A stretch of 64,000 nucleotides of DNA from NCBI GenBank assembly GCA_963701295.1, contig OY969585.1, positions 3,008,001 to 3,072,000 of the forward strand. The letters run 5' to 3'. The notes under the pieces are model-generated. The model did not search any database and had not been told where the DNA came from. It worked only from the letters and a program-made list of their open reading frames with translations. Positions 59,448 through 64,000 of this stretch are shown here, one piece after another. Both the position numbers and the translations under genes were made by a program. The stretch's first letter is position 1; every line of letters starts with the position of its first letter. The stretch is from Ignavibacteriota bacterium. Its GTDB lineage: Bacteria > Bacteroidota > Ignavibacteria > UBA10030.

Positions 59448-60350
59448 TTGAAATTAAATCGTTCTTCATATCGGATCTTTATAGCTAGTGTGTCACTTTT
59501 TCCCCTTATTTATTTTCAGGCTAAATCCCAACATGGTCTGGTACAAGATGATCCTGTACTAGCCCCAAATGTTGTTGTTTCACCTGTCATTGATGGAAAT
59601 GGACATGATTCATGCTGGCAGAATGTCCCCTGGCAGAGTATTGCTCAAGTGTGGATTCCTTATGGAGTAAAAGTAGACTCTAATATTTATTCAGGACGAT
59701 ATAAAGTAGTGTGGTCTTCGAGAACCAATCTTCTATACTTTCTCGTGGAAGTCACAGACAATGTATTTGTCGATGGTTTTATTCCCGGCATTACATCTGA
59801 TATTTATAATTATGATATCATTGAAGTCTTCATAGATGAAGACAAGTCCGGTGGGCTCCATGTGTTTGATGGCACAGGCAGTGTCGGACGTGAGTGGGGC
59901 ACCAATGCACAGAACGCCTTTGCATATCACATTTATGCTGATTTCCCAAAAGAAGGAGAAGTCACAACTCAGTGCTATGCGTACGATCTAGGTGGAACAA
60001 GTTGGTCGGATGTAAAAAGTATGGACTATACTTCTCATATTCCATCGTTTGCATTGTGCAGAACCGGACACAAGGCTGTGTGGGAGTTTTCTTTAATCGT
60101 GTACAACGACACCTACAAAGACACTATGACCCGCAAAGAAAATGCTAGACCGCAGTTGCAAGCCGGCAAAGTAATGGGACTCTCTGTAGCTTATTGCGAC
60201 AATAACCATCCCGAGAAAAATCCGAAGGTACGAGACTATATGTTCGGCTCTGTCTGGGAACCAAGTCCCGGAAATTTCCATTGGATGAATGCAGATTATT
60301 TTGGAGTTGTCAAACTGGTTGGCTCTATCCAATCAAAACAATTAAAGTAG
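59448..60350 (+). CDS. Secreted CBM9/DOMON-like sugar-binding protein
   Basis: Signal peptide, PVIDG.G.D..W, LYFLVEVTDN, DIIEVFIDED and MGLSVAYCDN. Confidence 0.7.
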   Translation: MKLNRSSYRIFIASVSLFPLIYFQAKSQHGLVQDDPVLAPNVVVSPVIDGNGHDSCWQNVPWQSIAQVWIPYGVKVDSNIYSGRYKVVWSSRTNLLYFLVEVTDNVFVDGFIPGITSDIYNYDIIEVFIDEDKSGGLHVFDGTGSVGREWGTNAQNAFAYHIYADFPKEGEVTTQCYAYDLGGTSWSDVKSMDYTSHIPSFALCRTGHKAVWEFSLIVYNDTYKDTMTRKENARPQLQAGKVMGLSVAYCDNNHPEKNPKVRDYMFGSVWEPSPGNFHWMNADYFGVVKLVGSIQSKQLK

Positions 60351-60369
60351 AACATTGCTTGGGATTAGA

Positions 60370-62305
60370 ATGCGTCTCTCAATTCTTTTTTTTGAAGTAA
60401 TATTTTGTCTGACTTTCACATATTCTGCAGAGACTGACTTTCTTATCAAGAGTCCGGATAACAATATTATTGTCCACTTTGGATTATCAGACGACAAACG
60501 AGCTTTTTACAGAATTGACTTTTCTGGCACGCCAGTTCTCTTGGAATCAAGATTAGGAATACTACGAGAGGACGCTGATTTTACAAAAGCCTTGTCTTTC
60601 AAATCAGCCTCTGTCGTAGAACCTATAAATTTTGAATATTCTCTTGTTAACCGAAAATGTTTCTACCATGCAACTCGACGTGTTTTTCATTTGAAAAGCT
60701 TTTCCGGTCAGCACATGGATATTATTTTCCATGTATCGAATGATGGGATTGCATTCCGGTACTTCTTCCCCGATACATCAAAGGATATAAAAAAAATATC
60801 GGCCGAAATCAGTACATTTCAATTCTTTCCGGGTACAAAAACATGGATTCAACCGATTGCAGAATCCAAATCTGGTTGGTGCCAGGTCAATCCATGTTAC
60901 GAAGAACACTATCAGCAAAATGTTGAAGTCGAGAACCTCATAACCAATAAAGCTGGTTGGATATTCCCTGCGCTATTTCACTCTAACAACTATTGGATGC
61001 TTCTTACAGAAACTGCTCCAGATCGCAATTATTGTGGTAGTCGTTTACAACACGATTCTACCAGCACCGATTTTCATATCGGTTTTCCGCAAAAGACCGA
61101 AAACTTTTCCGGTGGATCGGTAAATCCGGAATCAACTTTGCCTTGGTATTCGCCATGGAGAATTATTTGCATCGGAAAAAATCTCAATATTATTGTTGAA
61201 TCTCATCTCGGAACCTATCTTGCTGAACCCAACAAATTGAAAGACATCTCTTTTGTGAAACCCGGTAGGGCTTCCTGGAGTTGGCCTTTGCTGAAAGACG
61301 ATTCAACTGTGTATAGTGTACAAAAACGTTTCATTGATTATGCGGCAGAAATGAAATGGGAATATTGCCTGATCGATGCAAATTGGGACACGATGATAGG
61401 CTATGAAAAAGCTAAAGAGCTTTCAGCTTATGGCAAGCAAAAAAATGTCGGTATTCTGCTTTGGTATAATTCTTCCGGCGATTGGAACTCTACGACCTAT
61501 CATCCCAAAAGCATGTTGCTGACGCACGAAAGTCGAGTCCGTGAATTCACTCGCTTAAAAGAAATGGGTATCAAAGGTATCAAAGTTGATTTTTTCGGCG
61601 GCGATGGACAATCGATGATGGTGTATTACCAGGATATTTTGGAAGATGCGGCTTCGTTTGAGTTGATGGTGAACTGCCATGGTTCTTCTTTCCCGCGGGG
61701 CTGGCAGAGAACATATCCAAATTTGATCTCGATGGAAGGCGTGCGCGGATTTGAGTATATAACCTTCGATCAATTCAATGCCGACCTTGAAGCAAATCAT
61801 TGCTGCGTCCTTCCATTCACACGCAATGTATTTGATCCGATGGATTTCACTCCAATGTGTTTTTCAGAAATCCCAAATATAAAAAGAAAAACGACCAATG
61901 GGTTCGAACTTGCCCTCTCGGTGATTTTCTGGTCTGGGATACAGCACTACGCTGAAATTCCTGAAGGCATGGCAAAAGTCCCTGATTATGTGCAGAATTT
62001 TCTGCAAGAGCTTCCACCACAATGGGAAGAATCACGTTTCGTTGAGGGATTTCCAGGTAAGTTTGTTGTTCTTGCCCGAAGATCTGGAAACACTTGGTAT
62101 GTTGCAGGAATTAATGGCGAACAAATCGAGAAAAACATACAAATTGAACTACCATTCTTAAATAAATCAGTAACTGGAACACTGATTTCTGATGGTGACA
62201 ATATTAGGTCGTTCACAATAAAATCATTGAAAATAAATGTGAGAGAGCCAGTCAATAGTCACACTCAAAGAAAACGGCGGTTTTGTTTTAAAGGTTTCAG
62301 AATAA
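60370..62305 (+). CDS. GH97 glycoside hydrolase, frameshift near the C-terminus (~62255)
   Basis: Motifs KSPD, DGIAFRY, VKPGRASWSW, IKVDFF, VNCHG, EGVRGFE and PMDFTP. A GH97-type end IVTLKENGGFVLKVSE* lies in the shifted frame. Confidence 0.9.
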
Positions 62306-62350
62306 TTATTGTAGATTTATTTAAATCATATTTTGCAAGAAAGATACACT

Positions 62351-64000
62351 ATGAACAACTTTCTATCTTCCACTTTCACATTGCTTCTCTTGTTGCTTTC
62401 AATCAATATTTATACTCTTGCACATGAAAAACAAACAGATGGAGTTCTCTTTGAACTCCAAAAACAAAAAGAAACAGATCCTCAATGGCTTAAAGTACAG
62501 GTCTGCACTGAAAATATCATTCGCGTGATCGCATCGCCAGAGAAATCCTTTTCAACTCGGCAAAGTTTGATAGTGGACAAGAAATCCTGGGAGCCGATAC
62601 AGTGGAATGTCACGGAAAAAGGAGAATGGGTCGAGATATCTACCTCTGCAGTTACAGTTCGTGTCCATTCAAAAACCGGTGAAATTGTTTTTGTAGACTC
62701 AAAAGGCCGTGTGCTGTTGCAAGAGATCAATGGAGGCGGAAAAATTATAACTTCCACAGAAGTTGCGGGAGAAAAGACATTCCATATACAGCAGCTTTTC
62801 AATTCACTCGATGATGAAGCATATTATGGACTCGGCGGTCACCAGAATTCGATCATGAATTACAAAGGGCATGACGTCGATCTCTGGCAGCATAATATGG
62901 TGGAAGTTGTTCCTTTTCTTGTTTCGAATAATAATTATGGAATTCTATGGGATAATAATTCTCATTCAAAATTCGGGGATATCCGGGAGTTTGAATCTCT
63001 CTCGACACTAAAGCTTCTAAGCAACGATAGTTCTAACACCGGGTTGACTGCTGAATATTTCAAAGACACAGCTTTTACCACTCTCGTAACGTCTCGCATT
63101 GAACCAAGAATTGAACATGAATTCGTAGATGTTAGTAACGAATTTCCTTTAGGTTTTCAGCAAAATGTAACTGCTGTTCGTTGGAGCGGTACCATCGAGA
63201 GCAAAGAGTCTGGTATTCACAAATTCAGACTCTATTGCAGTGGTTATACAAAATTATGGCTGGATGGCAAGCTTGTGGTTGATTCGTGGCGGCAGAATTG
63301 GAATCCATGGATACATCTTCCCTGTCTTGAAATGAAAGCTGGGAAAAAATATCAAATTAGGATCGAGTGGATTCATTCCGGCGGTTACATTGGTTTGAAA
63401 TGTCTAACTCCGGAAAAGGGAGATACAAAAAACCGAATGTCATTGTATTCAGAAGTAGCCGATCAGATCGATTATTATTTTATCCATGGTGACAATCTTG
63501 ATCAAGTGATCAGTGGTTACCGCACAATTACCGGTAAAGCACCGATGATGCCGAAATGGGCAATGGGATTTTGGCAGTCACGTGAGCATTACAATTCCCA
63601 GGATGACATTCTTTCGACAGTAAAAGAATTCCGAAAACGCCAGATACCTCTCGACAATATTGTTCAAGATTGGTTTTACTGGAAAGAGGATCAATGGGGC
63701 AGCCAAGAGTTCGATATGGATCGTTATCCAGATCCTGCAGGAATGATTAAGACTCTTCATAACGATCTGCACACTCAGATTATGATTTCTGTCTGGCCAA
63801 AATTTTATGTCGGAATTAAAAATTACGATCTCCTAAATGAGAAGGGTTGGCTCTACAAGCGTAATGTTGAGAAGGAACAGAAAGATTGGGTTGGTCCTGG
63901 ATATGTTTCGACATTCTACGATGCATACAACTCGGATGCACGTAAGCTTTTCTGGAAACTTATAAATGAGAAACTCTTCAGTGCAGGAATAGATGCTTGG
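62351..64000 (+). CDS. GH31 glycoside hydrolase with PA14 insertion (alpha-xylosidase-like), truncated by the window edge
   Basis: Open frame from ATG 62351; signal peptide, EAYYGLG, YGILWDN, PA14-like GLTAEYF...RWSG, MPKWAMGFWQS, IPLDNIVQDW, MISVWP and GIDAW. Confidence 0.9.
   Translation, partial: MNNFLSSTFTLLLLLLSINIYTLAHEKQTDGVLFELQKQKETDPQWLKVQVCTENIIRVIASPEKSFSTRQSLIVDKKSWEPIQWNVTEKGEWVEISTSAVTVRVHSKTGEIVFVDSKGRVLLQEINGGGKIITSTEVAGEKTFHIQQLFNSLDDEAYYGLGGHQNSIMNYKGHDVDLWQHNMVEVVPFLVSNNNYGILWDNNSHSKFGDIREFESLSTLKLLSNDSSNTGLTAEYFKDTAFTTLVTSRIEPRIEHEFVDVSNEFPLGFQQNVTAVRWSGTIESKESGIHKFRLYCSGYTKLWLDGKLVVDSWRQNWNPWIHLPCLEMKAGKKYQIRIEWIHSGGYIGLKCLTPEKGDTKNRMSLYSEVADQIDYYFIHGDNLDQVISGYRTITGKAPMMPKWAMGFWQSREHYNSQDDILSTVKEFRKRQIPLDNIVQDWFYWKEDQWGSQEFDMDRYPDPAGMIKTLHNDLHTQIMISVWPKFYVGIKNYDLLNEKGWLYKRNVEKEQKDWVGPGYVSTFYDAYNSDARKLFWKLINEKLFSAGIDAW

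Noticed and set aside
1-64000. CRISPR array, tRNA/rRNA, reverse transcriptase, integrase or prophage genes
   Set aside because: No regularly spaced repeats, cloverleaf T-loop/CCA patterns, or RT/integrase motifs were seen by eye.

Overview
AT-rich bacterial chromosomal window. Gene content suggests an Ignavibacteria/FCB-group organism, which is inference only. Nearly all genes up to 56.5 kb lie on the minus strand. From left to right: (1) peptide, redox and glycan housekeeping genes (OPT transporter, proline dehydrogenase, M13 peptidase, two aldo/keto reductases, GH26 mannanase); (2) spmA/spmB plus a beta-barrel gene, then a complete but nonsense-inactivated IS1595; (3) an ECF sigma/anti-sigma/RND efflux unit and mnmA; (4) a ~25-kb signalling island (23.0-48.4 kb); (5) an L-arabinose operon that has a FucI-like isomerase in place of araA and carries a deleted-transporter scar; (6) an XRE plus J-domain gene pair, a decayed IS200 and a CBM9-like/GH97/GH31 cluster. 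The signalling island is the best candidate for an undescribed system. It holds a chemosensory cluster (cheW, HEAT protein, cheR, two cheY, two cheZ-like genes, a short cheA, cheB) that runs into a sensor-less kinase, a hybrid kinase, a HerA/DUF87 ATPase and a TPR/TerB-repeat/receiver protein. It also contains an MCP and three periplasmic sugar-binding proteins with no ABC transporter, and a shared ~45-bp double-palindrome motif precedes three of its sub-operons. Non-coding candidates are a ~72-nt GC-rich sRNA behind a perfect sigma70 promoter (8.95-9.05 kb) and a ~190-220-nt structured element upstream of mnmA. Three single-base frameshifts (OPT, RND permease, GH97) may be assembly errors. 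All calls come from reading motifs by eye; no database search or folding program was run.
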